Origin: Azolla caroliniana | Lineage: Eukaryota > Plantae > Polypodiophyta | Assembly (NCBI GenBank): GCA_043228905.1 | Contig: JBHGNT010000010.1 | Location: 6,200,001 to 6,264,000 of the forward strand | DNA: 64,000 bases | Reading direction: 5' to 3' | Shown: positions 42,422-53,329 of the stretch, one piece after another | Position numbering within the stretch: the first letter of the stretch is position 1 | Layout: the number at the start of each line of letters is the position of its first letter | Made by a program: the position numbers and the translations under genes | Notes under the pieces: model-generated | What the model was told of the DNA's origin: nothing | What the model saw: the letters and a program-made list of their open reading frames with translations, nothing else | Databases searched by the model: none

Positions 42422-44896
42422 GTCCCTCCGTCCTGACTTTCAAATTGATCTTCTCAAATTTTCAGTTTCTTTTGTAAAAAGGTGAAATGTACAACGTGGC
42501 TTTCAAAATCGTTGGTGATGATCAACAACATCTTAAGATCGCGAAGGATTGGCAAGAGAGACAAGATGGAGAGTTGAACTAATAAATACCAAAGTGCAAG
42601 AAAAGGACGTCAAGAGGACAAAATAAGAACCCATCATTAAACAATTCGAATTATTTCAAGGGAGCACATTTAATGCAAAGAAAATTGATGGTGGTGCATT
42701 TGACTAACACAAGTCTAACATTTCTGTTGTTCTTCAGCCAGAGATAACATTTATCATAACTAATGTGGTGAATGTTTCACTATTGCCAATTGGTTTGTTT
42801 CTCTCGGATAAGGGAACAGAAAACAAGGTTCTCATAATGGAGAACCTTGAAAACTTGAAGTAAAGGTTATTGTTTTACATGCTCACCCCTTGATAATGGA
42901 AACATAAAGAAAGAAAATGGGTAATAATATGTTATCATATTCCCATTGTGGAGGTGGACAATGAGAGTGGTTCATTTTATGCTTTAAAAGACATTCATTC
43001 CCAAGGCTAACATGCACACATTGAATATTTAGGACACAAATGTGAACAATAACAATCTTTTTTTTTGTTTGTTGTGGAAAAAATAAAACCATTCGTCCTG
43101 TGGGTAGGCCTGAACCCAACAAAGAAGAAAAAAAGGTTTTTTCCTTGTTTTCAACAACGGAAACAATGTAAGATCAATATGAGCTTCTCTTTAGGGTGTT
43201 TTTTTAGGTTCTATTTTCTTGCTCTAGAAGCATACGTTTGGATGCAACTGTGCAAAAAACTTTCATTTTTCAATGTTCTATGTAATCTTCTTATAGGGTC
43301 ATATGTACTTAGAACATGGACTCTAGAAACTTCAATTACATATATATCACATGTTTTTCTTGAGTTCGTCATTAGTAGTACTCTTAAACACAAAACAAGA
43401 GGACATAATGTGGTGACCGATTGTAACTTAATGGTGGTTTTTATACTTTTGCTATAAACGGTGGCATCATTTGAATTAGTTTTTCTTTGTGCTTGAGAGA
43501 TGTTCGATTTATACAAGCATACCAATATTGTAGTTTCTATTTCCCTCACGAAGAGCACAAACTTCACGTGGTTCTCATACTTCTATTAACCTAACATAGG
43601 AAATCAATGTGTTGTTTTAATGTGCATCATACTTTTTTTGTGCTACCATATGCATGTAAAAGTAATTGTTATCCATCTCATTGATAGATTTGAATATTCT
43701 CAATGAATTATTCATTAGAACAAAAGAAAAACCCCATGAATTCCCATATGTAAATGGCCATTGGAACTTTATATTTGATTATATCAGGAATCCCAAGCAT
43801 TTGTTGTACAAAATCTCTTGTGATATCAATACTCGTGAAGTCTGTTTTGGGAAAAAATAATATTGGTGAAGTCATAAATATTGTATGGAGTTACATTATG
43901 AACTCATCACAATAAATGTTTTTTTATAATAACAAGACATAATGTGTTGAAGCAAACAATGTTGAGAAGGATTATAGAAAAGATTTAAAGATAGTTAATT
44001 ATTAATGCATGGGAAATATTTCAAAATAAAACAAAGTTGATGTGTATTCCTTATGTGTACAACCTTCTATGTGCCTCAATGTGTAAATAAGGCATACACA
44101 TATGAGCTCAACCTTCTAATTGTTCTCTTTAGAGTGACACTCAAGTCTTCACCCCCTCTTATATATGCCATCATAGCTTTCATGAATTGCACTATATGTC
44201 CAACATGTAAAAAGAAAATGATACTAGCCCTTCCTCGCATACCTTACGTGCCTTTATATTTGACAAATTTTGATGCCATAATGCAACTTCAAAACCTACC
44301 TTGTGAGATCAAGTTTAGAGGAGCTCCAAGGTTTTACAAGGGTTAATACTCATGTTAGTAGTGGGATAAGGTTGAAAACTTGAATATAATCAATAGGCAT
44401 TCTTGCCTTATATTCAATCCAATATTTAAGATTGATGTTTGCAATATAATATTATAATTTTGTCCTTTTCGCATCTTCCATTTCTTCCTTAATGATTCAT
44501 TAACCTTTCCTCAATAACTACAGTTTCATATGAGGATAAGTTGCAAGCTTTAAGAGATCTTCCACACCCCATCTTTTGAACCATTCTTTGATGTCAATTA
44601 CCTAAACTAGATGAGAGAATTCTGATCTTCTGATTCTTTTGTAGTTTACATCCAACATTCCAAGCAAAATGTAGTAATCTAATATTTGGTAGAATCCCAA
44701 TTTTTGTAATGTATCTATAAACTCTCTACAACGCCAATATCTATGTAGGTTGAATATATATTTCCAAGAGCATAACTGGATAGGAGGTGTTGGATTTAAC
44801 TCCCAAACATCTCTTTAAAACATCATTAACATAATTTGAAGCGTGTCAATCTCAATCCGTGCCTCGTGACACGCCTAACAAAGTTTGTGTTACCAT

Positions 44897-44898
<2 letters not shown>

Positions 44899-44949
<51 letters not shown>
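44899..44949. repeat. (GA)n microsatellite
   Basis: GA run. Confidence 0.95.
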
Positions 44950-44952
<3 letters not shown>

Positions 44953-45169
44953 GCCTCAAATGAAAGACAAAAAAACATATTTATTTATGCAATACTACAT
45001 CTTCCTTTCGCCTCTCTTTCTAGTATTTAATGATAGTATTTTTTTTCCTACAAAAATGACGACTTTCTAGACTCCCCCTCAATAGAATCATCTAATCACC
45101 AAGTATTGTCCCTATTATTGCCCTTGTAGATTAGGTCGTTAATGTAACTTAGTTGGATAGCTATGCACC

Positions 45170-45254
45170 TAGACATCTAGATAATAATGGGGTTGTAAAA
45201 TCACGAGCATGGGTAGATGCGGGGGATGTTTTGGTAGGTAATTTGACACCTTGG
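45170..45254 (+). pseudogene. rpoB: Plastid-derived rpoB fragment (NUPT)
   Basis: [27 protein letters not shown] resembles the RpoB motif LD.NGIV..GSWV..GD.LVGKLTP. Confidence 0.7.
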
Positions 45255-45474
45255 CGGGAGAAAATTCGCCACGCTAGAGAATCTAAGAACTTATAATATC
45301 ATGGATGATGATCAACCTTTGCTTATGGCTTGGATTTCCCCTACTCATCATTCAAATTCTAATTATCCATCTTTTGTTTGTGGCACATTCCAATTCCCAA
45401 CACCTCGCACCTCGATTCCAATTTATTATCAAAAGATCATGGACTAGAACAAGCCTACTTATTCATATTGTTTG

Positions 45475-45612
45475 GTTACCATGATAGGCATGTATCTCTC
45501 GTTACATCAATGCGGATTACCTCAAGATTTAGCAATTGAGCTTTTCCAAGCTTTCGTGATTCGTAACTTGATTGAACAACATCTTGTTCATAATCTATGG
45601 GATGCCAAGAGG
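45475..45612 (+). pseudogene. rpoC1: Plastid-derived rpoC1 fragment (NUPT)
   Basis: LSLHQCGLPQDLAIELFQAFVIRNLIEQHL resembles RpoC1 LSLHQCGLPREIAIELFQ.FVIR.LI..HL. Confidence 0.8.
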
Positions 45613-45899
45613 ACGAGATTTTTATCAAGCTTGTACCATCCCAAGTGCTATTATATGTACTACTCGATTTGAGGTCGTTGAACTCTTCTACAACGGAACC
45701 TTTGTGTCTATCTATATCCAAATCAATCGACGAAAATTAAGGGATATGTATGGAGTAATAAAGAAGTACGCAACCCATGACCTAGAGTTAGTAGTCTAAC
45801 AACTTACCACTAGGATAAGGTAATTACAATATATATATATATATATTGAGATTGATCGATCAAATCTCAATTGGATATCTATGATGAAATATTTTATTG

Positions 45900-46930
45900 A
45901 GCGTGGAGGATTGGTGCATGGGAAAACTAAGATTCACGCATTGTGTTGGTCATTGCTCAATCGTTGTATTCTTCTAAGATTCAACATTTTGTATGCACCC
46001 AACATTTGGTAAGGTCATGGGAAGATGCATTATATGGTTTTGAATGGGCACCATTAAGTAATCAAAAACTTTGTAATTCATTACAAAATGAATTGCTCAT
46101 TTCTTCTCGACCATTGCATTGACATGGAAAATATAAGTTGAGATCTCAATTTAATCTTATTTCGATTGGGGTTGTAGACTTAGGACATATGGGGTTGTTC
46201 GAATTTGACCATGCTTAATGATGGTTATGTATTCCTCAAGATTATGGATTTATTTGGGGGAAATTACAAGATGTACCATTGTTGTATGAAACTTTGCCAC
46301 TAAAAACAAATGTTGTGCATTGGGTGGATTGGCGGTTAAAGGACGGTACGTATTGGTTACAAGTCACTACAAACATATTGTATCATCATTATCTTGGCTA
46401 TCACCTAATGCAGAAAAAAGTGTGGAATGTATATAAGTAAAATGCAAAGTGGTGGCAAATATTGCAACGTGGTCATGATTGGTGGGCTCCCATTAGATTC
46501 TACCTTAAAGAGATGAGGACTAGGGTCAAGTACACGCTTTACACCATTCCATTGGAGGACAACACACATAGCTTCATTAAATGTCCTATACCGCATATAA
46601 TTTGGAAGCGCTTATTGGATATTTGGCAAGTTTAAAGTTGTTGGTGTGTGAGGCCTCAACAATGGGTGTTTTTGCTCAATAGGTTCAAAAAGGGTCCAAA
46701 TGAAGAGCGAGCTGGAGACATTGTTCCAATGTTTACGATATTGGGGACTGTAGCACAATTGGGAAATGCGTAATACTTTCCATGTTTGATGGTACACATG
46801 GGGTGAAGAAGTTTGAAAGACATTTATGAATTTTTTTGTGATGTTAGAGCATGTGGGGGATCATTTCCTCGGGTGCATAATATTCGGGTTTTTGTAACGG
46901 CTTTACGAGATGTGCCTCTCCCTAACTAAT
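45900..46930 (+). mobile_element. Possible decayed LINE 3' fragment
   Basis: GGLPL...EDNTHSFIKCPIPHIIWK (~46480-46610) resembles an eroded zf-RVT. Boundaries are uncertain. Confidence 0.35.
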
Positions 46931-47071
46931 AAAACTATACATACATATTGATATATGTATAGGTGTAGGTAGGAAGAGAATGAGCAAGAAGCTATGACAA
47001 GTGGATTTTACATACAATTATGTATTGTACATAAATATATCATATATGTAATTGTGTCCTTTTACTAGGGG

Positions 47072-47234
47072 AAAAAAAACAGAAAACAAAAGAAAAAAGA
47101 GAAAAAGAGAAAAAAAGCAAAACAACAAAACAAAAAGCAAAACGCAGAAGAAAAGCAAAGCGCAGAGCAAAAAGCAAAAACGCAGAAGAAAAGCAAAACG
47201 CAAAAAAGACGAAAAACAGAGAAACAAAGAAAGC

Positions 47235-47265
<31 letters not shown>
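47072..47265 (+). repeat. A-rich low-complexity tract plus (GA)n immediately upstream of the Dicer ORF
   Basis: Degenerate AAAAGCAAAACGCAGAAG units, then (GA)n. Confidence 0.85.
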
Positions 47266-47268
<3 letters not shown>

Positions 47269-47307
47269 CAGAGGAGAGTGAGGAGGCAGAGGGTGATTGA
47301 AACAGAG

Positions 47308-50300
47308 ATGGAGAGAAAGAAGAAAGCATCGCAGACATCTTCAAGTTTCCATGCCAATGACCCTCTTCTCGCAGTGAACCCTGGCGCTACCAGGTTTAAG
47401 CCACAGGTAAGCTTCTTAACTCTCCAAAACCAGTCTACCAAAGCAAAGCCTGATGCAGAAGAAGTCAAAAGCTTCCCCATCCCGTCTTCTCAGACTAAAG
47501 ATGTAGAGAAACCTACTCCTAGAGGTTATCAGATGGTTCTGTTCCAGAAAGCTTTGCAAGAGAACACCATTGTTTACCTCGAAACTGGATGTGGAAAAAC
47601 GCTGATCGCTGTGCTGCTTATCAAAGAGCTTAGTTCACTTCACAGAGAGAAAAAAGAAAAGTTCTCTGCTGTGTTTCTCGCTCCCACTGTTCATCTGGTC
47701 AACCAACAAACGGAAGTTATGAAGATCAATACTGATCTTCAAGTGGAAAGCTTCTATGGAGCCAAAAAAGTAGACAATTGGAGTGCCTCTAATTGGAAAT
47801 ATCAGTTCGATCGAAATGAGGTTTTAGTGATGACGCCAATGGTTCTTCTCGATGCGATGAGACATGGATACTTGAAGATGGAAGACTTTGATCTCATCAT
47901 CTTCGATGAATGCCACAGTGCTCAGAAACAACATGCATATGCAAAGATAATGAGAGAATATTATCATACACTCGGTCAAAAGAAGCCGAAAATCTTGGGG
48001 ATGACTGCTTCTCCAGTCATTAACAAAGGAGTGACTTCTTCTGAAGATTCGGCAAAGCAAATCCAACAACTAGAGACATTGCTGGATTGTAAAATATTTA
48101 CTCTTGAAGATAAAACTGAGCTCGAAAGCTTTGCTCCTACACCTATCCAAACATGTAAGTCGTATGAGTTTTCATCACCATCATTTGATGATGTCATCCA
48201 TTCCTTGAATTGTAGCTTGAAGAGATATGAGGATCATTATAATTCCATGATGAAAAATAACAATTCTTTTAAAGACGTGGAAGAGATAGCGAAGAAACTT
48301 CATCAGAAAGTGAAGAAGATGCATAGTGCTTTGAAATACAGCTTAGAAGAATTGGGTCTCTTGTGTGCAAGAGAATCAGCTAAGTGCTTGCTTAGAAAGA
48401 CAAATAATGAGATGGTATGTGATGATAATCCGATGCAGAATAACATAGAAAGCTTCCTCACGGAGGCACTGAGGGTTTTTAGTGAAGCCATGGATGCAAG
48501 ATCATCTGATCCACAAATAAATAGCATTGAAGATTGCTTGGCCGCTGTTGAGAATGGCCTTCTGACATCAAAAGTTGTTTTACTAGTAGAAAGTTTGATT
48601 GAATATAGAGATACAAAGGAACTTCAGTGCATCATTTTTGTGGATAGAGTTATTGCGGCAATTGTTTTGACAGAAATTTTATGCAAAATAGGTTGCTTAT
48701 CCTTCATCAGGTGTGGATATCTATCAGGAACAACAGCATCATTGGATATGATGGGAAAGAAGGAGCAGCAAAGTGCATTACAGGGATTTCGAAGTGGGAA
48801 ATTTAATGTATTAATAGCTACAGATGTGGCCGAAGAGGGCCTTGACATACAGAGTTGTAGTTCCGTGATTAGATTTGATTTCCCAAAGACAGTCAGAAGC
48901 TATATACAAAGTCGTGGTCGTGCGCGACGGCCGAATTCAGACTTCATCATATTTCTTGAAAAGAACAACCGGAAGCACACTGATCTGTTGGCAGAATTGA
49001 TGCAAAGTGAAGTCTCAATGAGAGATGAAGCTATCAATAGAACCCGTGTATTGGTCGCTATTGAGGAGGAGCCATATAAAGACACGGAGATTCTTCATGT
49101 TGACGAGACAGGCGCGACCATTAATCTAAACTCAAGCATAAACGCTATCCATAGTTTCTGTTCGAAGCTTCCTGGTGACAAATATTATAAGCCTATGGCA
49201 GAATTCGTGTATGAAACTATCAGGGGTGATGATGTTGTGCATGTTTGTAGGCTCATTATGCCTTCAAATGGACCTTTTCGGGAAATGATTGGGCCACCGA
49301 GGAGGAGCAAATCCCTTGCTAAGCAATCTGTATGTCTAGAGGCTTGCAAGAAACTATATGAAATGGGCCAAATGACTGAACATCTGACACCTGCCATTGA
49401 TGTAGATAAGGAGGATGAAGAGGAGAAGGTGATGAATGTCTTAGGGAAGAATGTTGCTGGTGCAGGCACAACTAAGAGGAAGGAATTGCATAACACGGCT
49501 GTAACAGAAGCTTTTGCTGGAGATTGGATCAACAGTTCAGAAAATGTTGTGCTTTATGCTTATGTTCTTTGCTTCAGTTCTACGGAAGAGGGGAGTCAAT
49601 ATTCAGACTTTGCTTTATTGTTTAACTCTGCCATTGATGATGATATACTGAACCATGAAATTCCTCTTTATTTAACAAATGATAGAACTGTAACTACAAG
49701 AATATATGCAGGTGGCACCTACTCTTTGAATTCTAATCAGCTTAAAGAGGCGAAGACATATCAGCAATTGATATTCAATGGAATGTTTGGAAAATTGATC
49801 AGACGGTTGAGAAAGGAGGGACCATCTTCGCATGAGACAAGAATGCAAAATTTGCTTTCATCTCAATGCACGTTGGATGAAACATGGAACCCCTTGTGTA
49901 TGTTTTTGCTGCTTCCTTTAAGTTTAGCGAAACTTTCAGATCAGTCTGATGTTATACCTATTGATTGGGAAGCTATAAGAAATGCTGCAATGGCTGCAAG
50001 TATGTTCTCTGATCTTTTTGCTATTTGTAATGGTAATCAAACCCAAAATACAAATGCTTCCTCAGATGAAAAGAATATTAGTCATGGCAAAAAAGTCTTG
50101 CATATGGCATGTAAATCAGCATCCTATCAAATGGTTCGAGGTATGGCTGTGATCACCTGTCATACGGGAAGGATTTATTCCGTCACTGATGTGCTGGAGG
50201 ACAAAGATGCTAATTCGGCTATCGAAGGGGGGTCATCAAATTACACTTCTTATGCACATTACTTTGCAGAAAAATATAACTTGTCTTTGCAGTATCCTCT

Positions 50301-52722
50301 TCAACCACTGCTTTCAGTGAAGCACAGTCATCGAATACATAACCTCCTCACGAAAGATCCTTCTAAGAACAAGGTGAAAGAAACAAAGAAAAATTACAGT
50401 GTACAGATTCCACCTGAATTGTGTTTCTTGACTGGGATATCAACTGCAGTTGTGCACTCTTTGTATCTTTTACCATCTATCATGCATCGGTTCAATGCAT
50501 TAATTTCAGCTGCAGAGCTGAGGAATAAGATAGCAAAAGAAATTCCTGAATGCTATCGTATTCAGCCTTCACTTGTGATGAAGGCTCTCACAACTCAGAG
50601 ATGCTTGGAGTCCTTCTCATCCGAAGGATTGGAATTGCTGGGTGATTCTTTCTTAAAATATGCAGCTAGCCGGTATCTTTATCTTGTATTCGATAAGAAA
50701 CACGAAGGACAATTGACTGCAAGGAGATGTAGGTTAATCTGTAATGAGAATCTTCATAAATTGGCTATGAAAAGGCAATTGAGTGGATATATACGAGACG
50801 AGCCATTCCAGCCTGATTATTGGTATGTTCCCGGAATGCTCTGTACTCAGTCAATTCAATGCAAATGCAACTTAGGGAACTTGTCATGTTGGCAAAATGA
50901 ACATCATCAAGAGGAGGAAAAAAGTAATAGAGTGTTTAAAATTGGAAAGAGTTGTAGTAAAGGGCATCGATGGATTTGTTCCAAAAGTGTTTCTGATGCA
51001 GTAGAGGCTTTGATTGGAGCCTTTGTAGTCTCTGGTGGTGCAGGCCCTGCAGTGGGCTTTATGAAGTGGATTGGCTTTGAGATTGATTTTGACCAGTCGT
51101 TGTATGAAATGGCAAGGAAAAGATGCAATATTTATCAGACAGATTTGAACAAGGTGAATATTTCTGGTCTAGAAGCACAACTAGGCTATGAATTTGGCAA
51201 TAAATCACTCCTTGTTGAGGCATTAACACATGCCTCACATCATGATCTGAATGGAGGATGGTGCTATCAACGCTTAGAATTTCTTGGTGATGCTGTGCTT
51301 GATTTTCTCATCACGCGCCATCTTTTTTTTGCTCACCCTGGCCTTTCTCCAGGTGTCCTCTCGGACCTTCGTTCAGCAGCTGTGAATAACCATTGCTTTT
51401 CTCGAGCTATCATCAAACACAACCTTCAAAGGTATTTGCGCCATGCATCATCAGAGTTGCTCTCTCAAATCACAAATTTTGTTAGGGCTACTCAAGCCTC
51501 TACAAAGCAGGGTGACCATGTGTTTGGTTGGGAAGGTGTTGAAGGTCCAAAAGTTCTTGGAGACCTTTTTGAGAGTATTGCTGGAGCAATATTAGTGGAT
51601 AGTGGATTTGATTTGGAACAAGTATGGAGTGTAATGGAACGGTTATTATCTCCATTAGTAACACCGTTGACTTTGCCACTTCATCCCATTAGAGAATTTC
51701 AAGAGTTGAGCCAATTAAGGCAAATACCATTCCAATGGAAGAAGGTAGAAAGACATGGTTTGAAGTCAATAGCTACACTTGAATTGTGGCTTGGTAGTGA
51801 GGCGTTCATAAAGACTGGCTCAGCACGAATTATGAAGATAGCCAGAAAAAATGCTGCACAAGGGGCTCTCTCCCTATTAAGTAGTAGGGGAATAATTCAT
51901 CCTCGGAGGTTAGAACAGTCTAGAACCGATTGTGACACTCTAATTGATGATGTTAATGCCAGTGACATATATGATGTTGAAGGAAGCCAGAATCATAATA
52001 TGAGTGCTTTAGAAGATGGTGAGGAAAGTAGCTCAAAAAATAATATAGCTTCTAACCTTGGAGGAAAGCATGTGATTGAGGGTGAACTTGATGAAACAGG
52101 GAATATATCCTCATATAAAGATTATGATAACACCCCAAAATCTAGAAACCCTGCATTTGATGGAGGAGTTGGTTCTGATGTAACAAAGAAGAGAGGTTAT
52201 TCTGATGTGAGCTCTCTTGAAGTGGAGAGCTCAAAAGACAGCAAAGATCTAGTGCTTGAAAAAGGATTAGATAATGGTGTAGCGGGTAGCCCTAGTGGAA
52301 AAAGAAGGAAGGACGTTGCATATACTTCAATGAAATTGGAGAGACCTTGCTCGTATCATGGTGACATGGCTGAGGTGACTATTACAGATGTGAATGTGAG
52401 ATTACGTAGTAAAGACGAGAAGGAACTTATAATGAAGGCCAGTGCAGACTTACGGAAAGATCTAGAGTGCAATTTGTTTGAGAAAGGATGTGGTCGAGCT
52501 CTTCTCAATGGATTTTGCCTCAAGCATAAATGGACTGGACCACAATATGAGCTGCTTCCACAAGGTCAAGGTCATGTGGGTCTCTTTATGTTCTCTGCAT
52601 CCATCCATGGTCCTCTTGGTATCATCAAGTGTATGGGTGATCCTATGCCCAGAAAGAACCAGGCCAAAGATAATGTAGCTGCCAAAATTCTTATGACCCT
52701 TAGTCAAACTTTCTCGAGCTAA
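47308..52722 (+). CDS. DCL3: Intronless Dicer-like endoribonuclease, DCL3-like (~1804 aa from ATG 47308)
   Basis: One uninterrupted ORF: LETGCGKT, IFDECH, GMTASP, ATDVAEEGLDI/YIQSRGRAR helicase; DUF283 (ETGATINLNSS...CSKLPGDKY); PAZ region; RNase IIIa ELLGDSFLK...SDAVEALIG; RNase IIIb QRLEFLGDAVLD...GDLFESIAG; two dsRBD-like segments. The GAGTTKRKELH linker is what I associate with DCL3, so the subfamily call is less sure than the Dicer call. Confidence 0.9.
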   Translation: MERKKKASQTSSSFHANDPLLAVNPGATRFKPQVSFLTLQNQSTKAKPDAEEVKSFPIPSSQTKDVEKPTPRGYQMVLFQKALQENTIVYLETGCGKTLIAVLLIKELSSLHREKKEKFSAVFLAPTVHLVNQQTEVMKINTDLQVESFYGAKKVDNWSASNWKYQFDRNEVLVMTPMVLLDAMRHGYLKMEDFDLIIFDECHSAQKQHAYAKIMREYYHTLGQKKPKILGMTASPVINKGVTSSEDSAKQIQQLETLLDCKIFTLEDKTELESFAPTPIQTCKSYEFSSPSFDDVIHSLNCSLKRYEDHYNSMMKNNNSFKDVEEIAKKLHQKVKKMHSALKYSLEELGLLCARESAKCLLRKTNNEMVCDDNPMQNNIESFLTEALRVFSEAMDARSSDPQINSIEDCLAAVENGLLTSKVVLLVESLIEYRDTKELQCIIFVDRVIAAIVLTEILCKIGCLSFIRCGYLSGTTASLDMMGKKEQQSALQGFRSGKFNVLIATDVAEEGLDIQSCSSVIRFDFPKTVRSYIQSRGRARRPNSDFIIFLEKNNRKHTDLLAELMQSEVSMRDEAINRTRVLVAIEEEPYKDTEILHVDETGATINLNSSINAIHSFCSKLPGDKYYKPMAEFVYETIRGDDVVHVCRLIMPSNGPFREMIGPPRRSKSLAKQSVCLEACKKLYEMGQMTEHLTPAIDVDKEDEEEKVMNVLGKNVAGAGTTKRKELHNTAVTEAFAGDWINSSENVVLYAYVLCFSSTEEGSQYSDFALLFNSAIDDDILNHEIPLYLTNDRTVTTRIYAGGTYSLNSNQLKEAKTYQQLIFNGMFGKLIRRLRKEGPSSHETRMQNLLSSQCTLDETWNPLCMFLLLPLSLAKLSDQSDVIPIDWEAIRNAAMAASMFSDLFAICNGNQTQNTNASSDEKNISHGKKVLHMACKSASYQMVRGMAVITCHTGRIYSVTDVLEDKDANSAIEGGSSNYTSYAHYFAEKYNLSLQYPLQPLLSVKHSHRIHNLLTKDPSKNKVKETKKNYSVQIPPELCFLTGISTAVVHSLYLLPSIMHRFNALISAAELRNKIAKEIPECYRIQPSLVMKALTTQRCLESFSSEGLELLGDSFLKYAASRYLYLVFDKKHEGQLTARRCRLICNENLHKLAMKRQLSGYIRDEPFQPDYWYVPGMLCTQSIQCKCNLGNLSCWQNEHHQEEEKSNRVFKIGKSCSKGHRWICSKSVSDAVEALIGAFVVSGGAGPAVGFMKWIGFEIDFDQSLYEMARKRCNIYQTDLNKVNISGLEAQLGYEFGNKSLLVEALTHASHHDLNGGWCYQRLEFLGDAVLDFLITRHLFFAHPGLSPGVLSDLRSAAVNNHCFSRAIIKHNLQRYLRHASSELLSQITNFVRATQASTKQGDHVFGWEGVEGPKVLGDLFESIAGAILVDSGFDLEQVWSVMERLLSPLVTPLTLPLHPIREFQELSQLRQIPFQWKKVERHGLKSIATLELWLGSEAFIKTGSARIMKIARKNAAQGALSLLSSRGIIHPRRLEQSRTDCDTLIDDVNASDIYDVEGSQNHNMSALEDGEESSSKNNIASNLGGKHVIEGELDETGNISSYKDYDNTPKSRNPAFDGGVGSDVTKKRGYSDVSSLEVESSKDSKDLVLEKGLDNGVAGSPSGKRRKDVAYTSMKLERPCSYHGDMAEVTITDVNVRLRSKDEKELIMKASADLRKDLECNLFEKGCGRALLNGFCLKHKWTGPQYELLPQGQGHVGLFMFSASIHGPLGIIKCMGDPMPRKNQAKDNVAAKILMTLSQTFSS

Positions 52723-53090
52723 ATATCATCAAGTGTATGGGTCCTCTTGGTATCATCAAGTGTATGGGTGATCCTATGCCCAGAAAGAACCAGGCCAAAG
52801 ACAATGTAGCTGCCAAAATTCTTATGACCCTTAGTCAAACTTTCTCGAGCTAAATATCATCAAGTGTATGGTTCCTCTTGGTATCATCAAGTGTATGGGT
52901 GATCCTATGCCCAGAAAGAACCAGGCCAAAGACAATGTAGCTGCCAAAATTCTTATGACCCTTAGTCAAACTTTCTTGAGCTAAATATCATCAAGTGTAT
53001 GGGTGATCCTATGCCCAGAAAGAACCAGGCCAAAGACAATGTAGCTGCCAAAATTCTTATGACCCTTAGTCAAACTTTCTCGAGCTAAAT
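52611..53090 (+). repeat. Four-copy tandem array of the Dicer terminal coding segment (periods 131, 131, 104 bp)
   Basis: GGGTGATCCTATGCCCAGAAAGAACC... begins at 52635, 52766, 52897 and 53001. Each copy ends in ...GAGCTAAAT. Confidence 0.95.
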
Positions 53091-53329
53091 ATTAAGAAAC
53101 ATTATTTTCTTGACCATTGTTTTACATCAGGGCTGATGGTGTTTGGGTCATTATGAGGGAGTGGTTCCAAGTAATACTCAATGGCTCTAGTAATGACTTA
53201 AAGGAAGTTAGAGTCTATATGCTGAATGAATATTCAAAGGTAAAAGCATTTGTATTGCTATAACATTTATTCAAGGGTCGTATTTCTTCTAATAGACATT
53301 TGGTACAAGCTAAAAGAGGGATGATCATT

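Noticed and set aside
47407-47433. GTAAG...CCAG mini-intron near the Dicer N-terminus
   Set aside because: It is only 27 nt, in frame and stop-free, which is too short for a normal plant intron. Treated as coding.
47308-52722. Horizontal (fungal/viral) origin of the intronless Dicer
   Set aside because: The motifs (GAGTTKRKELH, CSKLPGDKY, GDSFLKYA, YQRLEFLGDAVLD) look like land-plant DCLs, so retroposition is simpler. A phylogeny would settle it.
52611-53090. CRISPR-like array
   Set aside because: The units are near-identical along their full length with no unique spacers. They derive from Dicer coding sequence and the context is eukaryotic.
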